Part shown: positions 12,501-25,348 of the stretch, piece after piece | How positions within the stretch are numbered: position 1 is the stretch's first letter | Layout: each line of letters begins with the position of its first letter | Assembly (NCBI GenBank): GCA_032718475.1 | Contig: JAUCBJ010008029.1 | Span: forward strand, 17,690-81,689 | DNA length: 64,000 bases | Origin: Nemertoderma westbladi | Lineage: Eukaryota; Animalia; Xenacoelomorpha | Direction of reading: 5' to 3' | Program-made: the position numbers and the translations under genes | The notes under the pieces: model-generated | Database searches by the model: none | What the model was told of the DNA's origin: nothing | Seen by the model: only the letters and a program-made list of their open reading frames with translations

Positions 12501-12570
12501 GTGCAACACAGACCAGCGGCTTGTAATGAAATCTGTTTCTGAGATTGTTTCAGTTGCGGAATCCTTATGA
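9520..12570 (+). CDS. LINE ORF2: AP endonuclease + reverse transcriptase + C-terminal Cys/His motif, 1016 aa, uninterrupted
   Basis: APE motifs SWN, IQE, GDVN, ELDR, SDH; RT motifs KAPGPDG, NYRGISI, FVDFKTAYD, GVLQG, LMDD, YIYLG; C-terminal RFCQCGDLQSESHYITTCP. Confidence 0.97.
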   Translation: MRHFNSVINILSWNAGSLREKYLLPNVSNLLFMYDIVFIQEVKSIYPFTVAGFNLLRSVDSKNGHCGGVVVLLKPWLVQYLFRVNMSHNIITFSLSMYPSIIFCCAYIPPYKSEYYDFAVWAHIQSLVLPKGSFRLILLGDVNSRLGDLIFEFPLLYPELCVRQPDDVTQNENGKRLFRLCLDCSLVNLSYLNLPNGICLDGDLTFKRGSTFISELDRAVISIDLLPCVRKFQVYQNVLPSDHAAIGISLCLHYEYPVQLLLRNSLYLQNYEHFGRQRLTFSPVTTRNLNLTQFCDTLKNLVTERTFENTDAMSQYITSTLYDTAKQTKYHAKAHHNNTPVHVPHSTAALWTALSESNDPKTMWNRIGWKGSIDCTSTASDRPSDEAFSQHFESLLSDGSDVLPLRITSNRHEGLDAKISLDEVKEGLAHMKSNKAPGPDGLSASILKSLPVQWLLLIVTLFNWVFDSAVMPTSWGLSRLVAVFKRGAIGVCSNYRGISIINSLTKLFDTIITKRLQSWRMPSPEQAGACKGRGCEEQILTIRLLIDYVTNKNRTLFLLFVDFKTAYDKVPRNLLFEQLLSMGCTNRIVNAIHGLYSNARSLVGSKIVHSTVGVLQGAPGSCYLFTMFIDPLVKVLKSLPWDDFLCWLHILLLMDDSIILATTREKCLEKLSVLLQFCNESGMVINRSKTKFMAIGNVTATDRHPLIAYGLGYSENPMIVDNTDTYIYLGSPITQCGGVDAAVSFHIAEKQKHISKFHGFLSKHASSPLWLKLKVFHACLLSATMYSCETWIGANLSSACRTYNEMLTATLGVRPRTSRDLLYIESGLPPPATYVYQRQYDFICRMLEDRDLHSPLFLVLDMCLQEQTPMARQIERLLGKGPDFAGTARAEIMDKIRLSTSTRITFYRDCNPSLHLHEVYCKQRYFNEHHRIAWTRLRLTSTSLPVEKARWRGQAKDTRFCQCGDLQSESHYITTCPLVPRLPELDYSSTTAFMCNTDQRLVMKSVSEIVSVAESL

Positions 12571-13400
12571 ACTCGATATTGCTCTAGATTGTATAGATGA
12601 TGTATAATCAGTTTCTCTTGTGTTCTTATTGTATATGTCTCACTTGTATTCATGTATTTGATTCACTTGCCTCTGATCGAAAGTAGTATTGCATATGTTG
12701 TCTTGTATTGTATTACTTGGTTATACTAATGTTTAGTAGATTGCCTCGGATTGTTACTTGTTGTATTGCATATGTTGTTTTGTATCGTATTACTTGTTTA
12801 TACTAAAAGTTTAAGGGATTTGCCCCAGAGAATATCACTTAAATTGTTGTATTGCATCTTTCGTTTTGTATCGTACTTGTTTATGCTAATGTTTGTAGTG
12901 GAACTCCACTTAGTTTTGTTTCATAATACCTGTTTATGTACATTATACTAATGTTTTAGTAGATTGCCTCAGATTATATTACTTTGTTTTACGTTGTGTA
13001 CAGATTATGTTGTATTGCATCAGGATCGCTTGTTTCTCGTTTTGTTGTGTCATACCAACAGTATGTCTAGATCTAGGTCGTGTTCGTTGCTCAGTGTACG
13101 ATTAATTTATGTTGTTCAGTTTTATAACAAGTTTATGTTTCTTTCACACTATTTGTATTGTAGGACATTTGAGTATAGTGGCGCTTATCATTAGGTAACT
13201 GAATTTAATAATGTCGATAATAATATATATATATGTACTGGCTGTCTATTGTTGATATTAATATGTAGGTTGATGTAGTGTAGGCCTACTGTACAACTGC
13301 TGTAATGCATATTTAGACCTGTACTGTACTTGCAGAATTGTAGTGAATTTCCCACTCCAAATTATTAGTTTTTATGGATTAATTAATAATATTTGAATAA

Positions 13401-16400
13401 ATAGTACCCCAGGCTAACTCCATACAGACACAGTAGATGTACCCCAGGTAACTCCATACAGACACAGTAGATGTACCCCAGGTAACTCCATACAGACACA
13501 GGAGATGTACCCCAGGCTAACTCCATAGAGACACAGGAGATATACCCCAAGTAACTCCATATAGACACAGTAGATGTACCCCAGGCTAATTCCATACAGA
13601 CACAGGAGATATACCCCAAGTAACTCCATATAGACACAGGAGATGTACCCCAGTTAATTCCATACAGACACAGTAGATGTACCCCAGGTAACTCCATACA
13701 GACACAGTAGATGTACCACAGGTAACTCCATACAGACACAGTAGATGTACCCCAGGCTAACTCCATACAGACACAGGATATGTACCCCAAGTAACTCCAT
13801 ACAGACACAGGAGATGTACCCCAGGCTAACTCCATACAGACAGAGGAGATGTACCCCAGGTAACTCCATACAGACACAGTATATAGTACCCCAAGTAACT
13901 CCATACAGACACAGGAGATGTACCCCAGGTAACGCCATACAGACACAGGATATGTACCCCAGGCTAACTCCATACAGGCACAGGAGATATACCTCAAGTA
14001 ACTCCATATAGACACAGTAGATGTACCCCAGGCTAACTCCATACAGACATAGGAGATATACCCTAAGTAACTCCATACAGACACAGGAGATGTACCCCAG
14101 GTAACTGCATACAGACACAGGAGATGTACCCCAGGCTAACTCCATACAGACACAGTATAAGTACCCAAGGCTAACTCCATACAGACACAGGAGATGTAAC
14201 CCAGGTAACTCCATACAGACACATTATATAGTACCCCAGGCTAACTCCATACAGACACAGTAGATGTACCCCAGGTAACTCCATACAGCCACAGTAGATG
14301 TACCCCAGGTAACTCTATACAGACACAGGAGATGTACCCCAGACTAACTCCATACAGACACAGGAGATATACCCCAAGTAACTCCATATAGACACAGTAG
14401 ATGTACCCCAGGCTAATTCCATACAGACACAGGAGATATACCCTAAGTAACTCCATACAGACACAGGAGATGTACCCCAGGTAACTGCATACAGACACAG
14501 GAGATGTACCCCAGGCTAACTCCATACAGACACAGTATAAGTACCCAAGGCTAACTCCATACAGACACAGGAGATGTAACCCAGGTAACTCCATACAGAC
14601 ACATTATATAGTACCCCAGGCTAACTCCATACAGACACAGTAGATGTACCCCAGGTAACTCCATACAGACACAGTAGATGTACCCCAGGTAACTCCATAC
14701 AGACACAGGAGATGTACCCCAGGCTAACTCCATACAGACACAGGAGATATACCCCAAGTAACTCCATATAGACACAGGAGATGTACCCCAGGCTAACCCC
14801 ATACAGACACAGGAGATGTACCCCAGGTAACTCCATACAGACACAGGAGATGTACCCCAGGTAACTCCATACAGACACAGCAGATGTACCCCAGGTAACT
14901 CCATACAGACACAGGAGATGTACCCCAGGTAACTCCATACAGACACAGGAGATGTACCCCAGGTAACTCCATACAGATACAGGAGATGTACCCCAGGCTA
15001 ACTCCATACAGACACAGGAGATATACCCCAAGTAACTCCATATAGACACAGTAGATGTACCCCAGGCTAATTCCATACAGACACAGGAGATATACCCTAA
15101 GTAACTCCATACAGACACAGGAGATGTACCCCAGGTAACTGCATACAGACACAGGAGATGTACCCCAGGCTAACTCCATACAGACACAGTATAAGTACCC
15201 AAGGCTAACTCCATACAGACACAGGAGATGTAACCCAGGTAACTCCATACAGACACATTATATAGTACCCCAGGCTAACTCCATACAGACACAGTAGATG
15301 TACCCCAGGTAACTCCATACAGACACAGTAGATGTACCCCAGGTAACTCCATACAGACACAGGAGATGTACCCCAGGCTAACTCCATACAGACACAGGAG
15401 ATATACCCCAAGTAACTCCATATAGACACAGTAGATGTACCCCAGGCTAATTCCATACAGACACAGGAGATATACCCCAAGTAACTCCATATAGACACAG
15501 GAGATGTACCCCAGTTAATTCCATACAGACACAGTAGATGTACCCCAGGTAACTCCATACATACACAGTAGATGTACCACAGGTAACTCCATACAGACAC
15601 AGTAGATGTACCCCAGGCTAACTCCATACAGACACAGGATATGTACCCCAAGTAACTCCATACAGACACAGGAGATGTACCCCAGGCTAACTCCATACAG
15701 ACAGAGGAGATGTACCCCAGGTAACTCCATACAGACACAGTATATAGTACCCCAAGTAACTCCATACAGACACAGGAGATGTACCCCAGGTAACGCCATA
15801 CAGACACAGGATATGTACCCCAGGCTAACTCCATACAGGCACAGGAGATATACCCCAAGTAACTCCATATAGACACAGTAGATGTACCCCAGGCTAACTC
15901 CATACAGACATAGGAGATATACCCTAAGTAACTCCATACAGACACAGGAGATGTACCCCAGGTAACTGCATACAGACACAGGAGATGTACCCCAGGCTAA
16001 CTCCATACAGACACAGTATAAGTACCCAAGGCTAACTCCATACAGACACAGGAGATGTAGCCCAGGTAACTCCATACAGACACATTATATAGTACCCCAG
16101 GCTAACTCCATACAGACACAGTAGATGTACCCCAGGTAACTCCATACAGACACAGTAGATGTACCCCAGGTAACTCCATACAGACACAGGAGATGTACCC
16201 CAGGCTAACTCCATACAGACACAGGAGATATACCCCAAGTAACTCCATATAGACACAGTAGATGTACCCCAGGCTAATTCCATACAGACACAGGAGATAT
16301 ACCCTAAGTAACTCCATACAGACACAGGAGATGTACCCCAGGTAACTGCATACAGACACAGGAGATGTACCCCAGGCTAACTCCATACAGACACAGTATA

Positions 16401-19400
16401 AGTACCCAAGGCTAACTCCATACAGACACAGGAGATGTAACCCAGGTAACTCCATACAGACACATTATATAGTACCCCAGGCTAACTCCATACAGACACA
16501 GTAGATGTACCCCAGGTAACTCCATACAGACACAGTAGATGTACCCCAGGTAACTCCATACAGACACAGGAGATGTACCCCAGGCTAACTCCATACAGAC
16601 ACAGGAGATATACCCCAAGTAACTCCATATAGACACAGGAGATGTACCCCAGGCTAACTCCATACAGACACAGGAGATGTACCCCAGGTAACTCCATACA
16701 GACACAGGAGATGTACCCCAGGTAACTCCATACAGACACAGCAGATGTACCCCAGGTAACTCCATACAGACACAGGAGATGTACCCCAGGTAACTCCATA
16801 CAGACACAGGAGATGTACCCCAGGTAACTCCATACAGATACAGGAGATGTACCCCAGGTAACTCCATACAGACACAGGAGATGTACCCCAGGTAACTCCA
16901 TACAGACACATGAGATGTACCCCAGGCTAACTCCATACAGACACAGGAGATGTACCCCAAGTAACTCCATACAATCACAGTAGATGTACCCCAGGCTAAC
17001 TCCATACAGACACAGGAGATGTACCCCAGGTAACTCCATACAGACACAGGAGATGTACCCCAGGCTAACACCATACAGACACAAGAGATGTACCCCAGGT
17101 AACTCCATACAGACACAGGCGATGTACCCCAAGTAACTCCATACCGACACAGGAGATGTACCCCAGGTAACTCCATACAGACACAGGAGATGTACCCCAG
17201 GCTAACTCCATACAGTCACAGGAGATGTACCCCAAGTAACTCCATACAATCACAGTAGATGTACCCCAGGCTAACTCCATACAGACACAGTAGATGTACC
17301 CCAAGTAACTCCGTAGTCATAGGAGATGCACCCCAAGTAACTCCATACAGACACAGTAGATGTACCCCTGGTAACTCCATACAGTCATAGGGGATGTACC
17401 CCAGGTTAACTCAATAGGCCCTACAGACACAGTATATAGTAGTTAACTCCATACAGACACAGTAGATGTACCCCAGGTAACTCCATACAGACACAGTATA
17501 TAGTTGTACCCCAGGCTAACTCCATACAGACCAGACACAGGAGATGTACCCCAGGTAACTCCATACAGACACAGGAGATGTACCCCAGGCTAACTCCATA
17601 CAGACACAGGAGATGTACCCCAGGTAACTCCATACAGACACAGTATATAGTACCCCAAGTAACTCCATACAGACACAGGAGATGTACCCCAGGTAACTCC
17701 ATACAGACACAGTTTATAGTACCCCAAGTAACTCCATACAGACACAGTAGATGTACCCCAGGCTAACTCCATACAGACATAGGAGATATACCCTAAGTAA
17801 CTCCATACAGACACAGGAGATGTACCCCAGGTAACTGCATACAGACACAGGAGATGTACCCCAGGCTAACTCCATACAGACACAGTATAAGTACCCAAGG
17901 CTAACTCCATACAGACACAGGAGATGTAGCCCAGGTAACTCCATACAGACACATTATATAGTACCCCAGGCTAACTCCATACAGACACAGTAGATGTACC
18001 CCAGGTAACTCCATACAGACACAGTAGATGTACCCCAGGTAACTCCATACAGACACAGGAGATGTACCCCAGGCTAACTCCATACAGACACAGGAGATAT
18101 ACCCCAAGTAACTCCATATAGACACAGTAGATGTACCCCAGGCTAATTCCATACAGACACAGGAGATATACCCTAAGTAACTCCATACAGACACAGGAGA
18201 TGTACCCCAGGTAACTGCATACAGACACAGGAGATGTACCCCAGGCTAACTCCATACAGACACAGTATAAGTACCCAAGGCTAACTCCATACAGACACAG
18301 GAGATGTAACCCAGGTAACTCCATACAGACACATTATATAGTACCCCAGGCTAACTCCATACAGACACAGTAGATGTACCCCAGGTAACTCCATACAGAC
18401 ACAGTAGATGTACCCCAGGTAACTCCATACAGACACAGGAGATGTACCCCAGGCTAACTCCATACAGACACAGGAGATATACCCCAAGTAACTCCATATA
18501 GACACAGGAGATGTACCCCAGGCTAACTCCATACAGACACAGGAGATGTACCCCAGGTAACTCCATACAGACACAGGAGATGTACCCCAGGTAACTCCAT
18601 ACAGACACAGCAGATGTACCCCAGGTAACTCCATACAGACACAGGAGATGTACCCCAGGTAACTCCATACAGACACAGGAGATGTACCCCAGGTAACTCC
18701 ATACAGATACAGGAGATGTACCCCAGGTAACTCCATACAGACACAGGAGATGTACCCCAGGTAACTCCATACAGACACATGAGATGTACCCCAGGCTAAC
18801 TCCATACAGACACAGGAGATGTACCCCAAGTAACTCCATACAATCACAGTAGATGTACCCCAGGCTAACTCCATACAGACACAGGAGATGTACCCCAGGT
18901 AACTCCATACAGACACAGGAGATGTACCCCAGGCTAACACCATACAGACACAAGAGATGTACCCCAGGTAACTCCATACAGACACAGGCGATGTACCCCA
19001 AGTAACTCCATACCGACACAGGAGATGTACCCCAGGTAACTCCATACAGACACAGGAGATGTACCCCAGGCTAACTCCATACAGACACAGGAGATGTACC
19101 CCAAGTAACTCCATACAATCACAGTAGATGTACCCCAGGCTAACTCCATACAGACACAGTAGATGTACCCCAAGTAACTCCGTAGTCATAGGAGATGCAC
19201 CCCAAGTAACTCCATACAGACACAGTAGATGTACCCCTGGTAACTCCATACAGTCATAGGGGATGTACCCCAGGTTAACTCAATAGGCCCTACAGACACA
19301 GTATATAGTAGTTAACTCCATACAGACACAGTAGATGTACCCCAGGTAACTCCATACAGACACAGTATATAGTTGTACCCCAGGCTAACTCCATACAGAC

Positions 19401-22400
19401 CAGACACAGGAGATGTACCCCAGGTAACTCCATACAGACACAGGAGATGTACCCCAGGCTAACTCCATACAGACACAGGAGATGTACCCCAGGTAACTCC
19501 ATACAGACACAGTATATAGTACCCCAAGTAACTCCATACAGACACAGGAGATGTACCCCAGGTAACTCCATACAGACACAGTTTATAGTACCCCAAGTAA
19601 CTCCATACAGACACAGTAGATGTACCCCAGGTAACTCCATACAGACACAGTATATAGTTGTACCCCAGGCTAACTCCATACAGACCAGACACAGGAGATG
19701 TACCCCAGGTAACTCCATACAGACACAGGAGATGTACCCCAGGCTAACTCCATATAGACACAGGAGATATACCCCAAGTAACTCCATACAGACACAGTAG
19801 ATGTACCCCAGGCTAACTCCATACAGACACAGGAAATATACCCCAAGTAACTCCATACAGACACAGGAGATGTACCCCAGGTAACTCCACACAGACACAG
19901 GAGATGTACCCCAGGCTAACTCCATACAGACACAGTAGATGTACCCCAAGTAACTCCATATAGACACAGTAGATGTACCACAGGTAACTCCATATAGACA
20001 CAGTAGATGTACCACAGGTAACTCCATACAGACACAGGATATGTACCCCAGGCTAACTCCATACAGACACAGGAGATATACCCCAAGTAACTCCATATAG
20101 ACACAGTAGATGTACCCCAAGTAACTGCATACAGACACAGGAGATGTACCCCAGGCTAACTCCATACAGACACAGTATAAGTACCCAAGGCTAACTCCAT
20201 ACAGACACAGGAGATGTAACCCAGGTAACTCCATACAGACACATTATATATTACCCCAGGCTAACTCCATACAGACACAGGAGATGTACCCCAGGTAACT
20301 CCATACAGACACAGGAGATGTACCCCAGGCTAACTCCATACAGACGCAGGAGATATACCCCAAGTAACTCCATATAGACACAGTAGATGTACCCCAGGCT
20401 AATTCCATACAGACACAGGAGATATACCCCAAGTAACTCCGTAGTCATAGGAGATGTACCCCAGTTAACTCCATACAGACACAGTAGATGTACCCCAGGT
20501 AACTCCATACAGACACAGGAGATGTACCCCAGGTAACTCCATACAGACACAGTAGATGTACCCCAGGCTAACTCCATACAGACACAGGAGATGTACCCCA
20601 AGTAACTCCATACAGACACAGGAGATGTACCCCAGGCTAACTCCATACAGACACAGGAGATGTACCCCAAGTAACTCCATACAGACACAGGAGATGTACC
20701 CCAGGTAACTCCATACAGACACACGAGATATACCCCAAGTAACTCCATACAGACATAGTAGATGTACCCCAGGCTAACTCCATACAGACACAGGAGATGT
20801 ACCCCAAGCTAACTCCATACAGACACAGAAGATATACCCCAAGTAACTCCATACAGACACAGTAGATTTACCCCAGGCTAACTCCATACAGACACAGGAG
20901 ATGTACCCCAAGTAACTCCATACAGACACAGTAGATGTACCCCAGGCTAACTCCATACGGACACAGGAGATGTGCCCCAAGTAACTCCATACAATCACAG
21001 TAGATGTACCCCAGGCTAACTCCATACAGACACAGGAGATGTACCCCAGGCTAACTCCATACAGACACAGGAGATGTACCCCAGGCTAACTCCATACAGA
21101 CACAAGAGATGTACCCCAGGTAACTCCATACAGACACAGGCGATGTACCCCAAGTAACTCCATACCGACACAGGAGATGTACCCCAGGTAACTCCATACA
21201 GACACAGGAGATGTACCCCAGGCTAACTCCATACAGACACAGGAGATGTACCCCAAGTAACTCCATACAATCACAGTAGATGTACCCCAGGCTAACTCCA
21301 TACAGACACAGTAGATGTACCCCAAGTAACTCCGTAGTCATAGGAGATGTACCCCAAGTAACTCCATACAGACACAGTAGATGTACCCGAGGTAACTCCA
21401 TACAGTCATAGGAGATGTACCCCAGGTTAACTCAATAGGCCCTACAGACACAGTATATAGTAGTTAACTCCATACAGACACAGGAGATAGTATCCCAAGT
21501 AACTCCATACAGTCATAGATGTACCCCAGGCTAACTCCATACAGACACAGGAGATGTACCCCAGGTAACTCCATACAGACACAGGAGATGTACCCCAGGT
21601 AACTCCATACAGACACAGGAGATGTACCCCAGGCTAACTCTATACAGACACAGGAGATGTACCCCAAGTAACTCCATACAGATCACTGTAGATGTACCCC
21701 AGGCTAACTCCATACAGACACAGGAGATGTACCCCAGGTAACTCCATACAGACACAGGAGATGTACCCCAGGCTAACACCATACAGACACAAGAGATGTA
21801 CCCCAGGTAACTCCATACAGACACAGGCGATGTACCCCAAGTAACTCCATACCGACACAGGAGATGTACCCCAGGTAACTCCATACAGACACAGGAGATG
21901 TACCCCAGGCTAACTCCATACAGACACAGGAGATGTACCCCAGGCTAACTCCATACAGACACAGTAGATGTACCCCAAGTAACTCCGTCAGTCATAGGAG
22001 ATGTACCCCAAGTAACTCCATACAGACACAGTAGATGTACCCCAGGCTAACTCCATACAGTCATAGGAGATGTACCCCAGGTTAACTCAATAGGCCCTAC
22101 AGACACAGTATATAGTCCCCAGTCTAACTCCATACAGACACAGGAGATAGTATCCCAAGTAACTCCATACACGTCATAGATGTACCCCAGGTTAACTCAA
22201 TACAGACACATAGTCCCCAGCTAACTCCATACAGGCACAGGAGATTGTATCCCAAGTAACTCCATACCGACACAGGAGATGTACCCCAGGTAACTCCATA
22301 CAGACACAGGAGATGTACCCCAGGCTAACTCCATACAGACACAGGAGATGTACCCCAGGCTAACTCCATACAGACACAGTAGATGTACCCCAAGTAACTC

Positions 22401-22740
22401 CGTAGTCATAGGAGATGTACCCCAAGTAACTCCATACAGACACAGTAGATGTACCCCAGGTAACTCCATACAGTCATAGGAGATGTACCCCAGGTTAACT
22501 CAATAGGCCCTACAGACACAGTATATAGTAGTTAACTCCATACAGACACAGGAGATAGTATCCCAAGTAACTCCATACAGTCATAGATGTACCCCAGGTT
22601 AACTCAATACAGACACATAGTAGCTAACTCCATACAGGCACAGGAGATTGTACCCCAAGTAACTCCATAGAGTCATAGGAGGTGTACCCCAGGGTAACTT
22701 CAATACAGACACAGGAGATAGTAACCCATGCAAACTCAAT
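13401..22740. repeat. 34/35-bp satellite, right block, degenerating towards its right end
   Basis: Same monomer as the left block; kb-scale blocks duplicated. Confidence 0.98.
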
Positions 22741-22861
22741 ACATTTTACTATTAACACGTTGTGTGCCCATTACTCTGGTTCTACATCATGGAATTTTAT
22801 AAAAAATTTCCAGAAGGGCGGAGTAGTATCGAGATACACCTGGAACCTAATAAAATTTAAT

Positions 22862-23169
22862 ATTATAAGTAATTCAACAGGACTAAGGATGATCCAACTC
22901 TATAGCAAATGGAGCGGAAAAAATGAATTCACCACCAGCGGGGATCGAACCCGCGTCTCCCGATAAACGTTCAGGTATGCTAACCACTACACCACCTCCG
23001 TGGTGTAGTTGTATGCTAGCCACTACACCACCTCCGTGGTGTAGTGGTTAGCATACCTGAACGTTTATCGGGAGACGCGGGTTCGATCCCCGCTGGTGGC
23101 GAATTTATTTTTTCCGCTCCATTTGCTATAGAGTTGGATCATCCTTAGTCCTGTTTAATTACTTATAAT
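22862..23169. mobile_element. Head-to-head inverted pair of tRNA-derived SINE-like sequences forming a ~300-bp palindrome
   Basis: Arms ~22862-22994 and ~23036-23169 are reverse complements; tRNA-like head 23030-23101 has A box TGGTGTAGTGG, B box GGTTCGATCC, GTT in the anticodon position and a downstream T-run; acceptor stem imperfect. Confidence 0.8.
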
Positions 23170-23254
23170 TTATACAATCTATGGATGTTACACATATACA
23201 ATAAAATTTAATATTGTTTTTGTGTCAGTGTATGACAAGTAAATGACAGTAAAC

Positions 23255-23400
23255 GGCGGGGTAGCTCAGTTGGTTGAGCGCCGGGCCTGCAAAGAATTGG
23301 TTGTAGGTTCAGCCCCGCCAGGTCCACTCAGCCTTTCATCAACTGGGGTCGATAAAATGAGTACCAGTTAAATAACTGGGAGCAAATCTTAGGGTAGCAG
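23255..23400 (+). mobile_element. tRNA-derived SINE with Meta/Sauria-type central domain
   Basis: A box TAGCTCAGTTGG, degenerate B box GGTTCAGCCC, then ccactcagcctttcatc...ggggtcgataaaatgagtaccag, recalled as the MetaSINE-type conserved core. Confidence 0.7.
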
Positions 23401-23819
23401 CTATTGATATAGGAGCCTATGTATGTCTTGTCAGCCTTGTCATTGTATGGGGGTCACTTAATTGCACTTAAAAACCAAAAAATAGCACGTTTTCGAAGAA
23501 AATATTAGAAATTCATTAATTGTTTTAGCAAAATTTCCGATATGGGGTTTTCCTTTTTACTGGTTTCATTTCTGATGTCAATTTTAATGTTTGACAGAAT
23601 CTCGAACGTCTGTATGTCTGTCTCTATGTACGTTGGTCTGTCTTGACAGACATATGGACAGACAAGACAAATATATAGACATACTAGACTGAGTCAAATA
23701 GGATAACACCAGAAAAGAAATCAGCGAGCATAAAAACGATTTAAGAGTCCTATATTCGGACTGAGTGGACCTAAATTAGCTTAAAGGGGACCTAAGCTCG
23801 TAGTTAATTCGTCTTATTA

Positions 23820-24057
23820 CTTCGTGGGCGCTATTGAATTGAATTCATGAAAACAGCTATTATTATTAATCAATTGACACCTCGACTCCTCTCTGAGATT
23901 CCGACTACTCTATCCGATAGAATAAAATAATCATTTCGCTAACTGCTCTCTATCTTCGATAATCACAATTTATAATTCATTAGATGACTACAACATAATA
24001 ATTATAGTTTGAAGTTGTCTAGAAAATATCTCGTACACCACCGGGACTACCCTCACA
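23820..24057 (+). repeat. Dispersed ~240-bp repeat, copy 1 (inverted copy at ~31347-31592)
   Basis: aatcaattgacacctcgactcctctctgaga...ctaccctcacac is the reverse complement of the second copy. Confidence 0.85.
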
Positions 24058-24678
24058 CGAATTTATCAAAAAAACAGGTAAACAAAGTCTTACACCCCAC
24101 AAACCAACAAAAAACATTGAGTGGAATACAGTATTTTCAACTTATTTATCAAACAGAACAAAAAGGTTTGACTTGACTCGTACTGTCCCTTACTACTTGC
24201 TTTACGGCGGGCCGCTAGCTTTAGTAGTCTTGTGTAACAACCATCATTTTTTGGAACAGAACCGAATATGTTAAACAAAAAAACTTGTATCTGATTGTAG
24301 CAGTCTTGGAAATAGTTATTGTGAACATTCCAGAGATTATTGTAGTTTACAAAATATTAGGGTTGCAATCAGCCGAAACAAATGTAATCCAGTCTTAATG
24401 CGTACTTACGTCATGAATATATTTAAAACAGATGTTACAAATTGTAATTTAGAAATATGATTAGTTAATTATTTGGAACGAATTCCATCCTACTGATAAT
24501 AATTGACGTTGTAATTTTTACCATTACGGAATTGCAGATGTTACAGGTACTAATCAAAAGACAAATAATTGAAATATTTAATTATTTCAAATTTTTTTAT
24601 ATATAAGACGCGCCGAAAAGTGTAAAAATATTTTCCAGTCTTATAATTCACTCCTTTGCATTGTAAATAGAAAATTAT

Positions 24679-24785
24679 TTGTAAACAATTAAAGGAAGAA
24701 GAAAAATCGAAGACCAGATAAATTTTTCCATAAAAAAAAAATTTATCTGGTCTTCGATTTTTCTTCTTCCTTTAATTGTTTACAA
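24679..24785. repeat. Perfect inverted repeat (hairpin) with ~49-bp arms
   Basis: ttgtaaacaattaaaggaagaagaaaaatcgaagaccagataaattttt and its exact reverse complement around a short loop. Confidence 0.95.
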
Positions 24786-24855
24786 GACCAGTCCAGTCTA
24801 CTGCTGGACAGCGCGTAACATAACAGTCACACTTACACTACGCTAGTACCGGTAA

Positions 24856-25066
24856 TATATACCTAGTCTCTAACTGTGTTTCTCTCGTTTTGAATTTCCC
24901 TCGACCACTCAAACTCCAAAGTGAAACACAGTTAGAGACTAGGTATATAATATATATACAGTTAGAGACTAGGTATATAATATATATACAGTTAGAGACT
25001 AGGTATATAATATATACCTAGTCTCTAACTGTGTTTCTCTCGTTTTGATTTCCCTCGACCACTCAA
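24856..25066. repeat. Mosaic of short direct and inverted copies of tatacctagtctctaactgt
   Basis: Forward copy, three reverse copies, then another forward copy with a shared ~35-bp extension. Confidence 0.85.
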
Positions 25067-25348
25067 TCTTATTACTCATTACTCATTACTCCTTACAAAC
25101 TCATTACCGGTACTACAATATATATACTACAATAAGGTGAGTTGGTGATAAATCCAAGAGCAGCTAATCCGATACTGTTGAAAATCCAAATGCAGCTCCA
25201 GTTATTTGTGCTCAAATAGCACATATAACCCTGCTAAAATCCATACCGGTAATGTTTGCAGAAAACACCCGCTACAAAGGGAAATCTAAATATTTTAATT
25301 GATAATTTTCTACAACTTTCTGGCAATAATGTGAGATTACTCGCTTAA

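Larger units (their letters stand above)
9408..13400 (+). mobile_element. 5'-truncated, recently inserted APE-type non-LTR retrotransposon (LINE) inside the satellite
   Basis: ORF1 C-terminal remnant, intact ORF2 and ~830-nt 3' UTR ending aataatatttgaataa; 5-bp duplication ATAGT (9403-9407 / 13401-13405); removing the insert restores the monomer cattatatagtaccccagg. Confidence 0.95.

Noticed and set aside
5082-22469. Dozens of Cys/Tyr/Trp-rich ORFs (MELPGVHLLCLYGV...)
   Set aside because: Translations of the satellite in all frames; no sign of coding
5152-22740. CRISPR array or RT-linked prokaryotic repeat system (34-35-bp repeats around an RT)
   Set aside because: Monomers are head-to-tail with no unique spacers, there are no cas genes, the context is eukaryotic with spliced genes, and the RT is an APE-LINE with a TSD
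23030-23101. Functional tRNA-Asn(GTT) gene
   Set aside because: Mismatched acceptor stem, atypical anticodon loop, and part of an inverted SINE-like duplication
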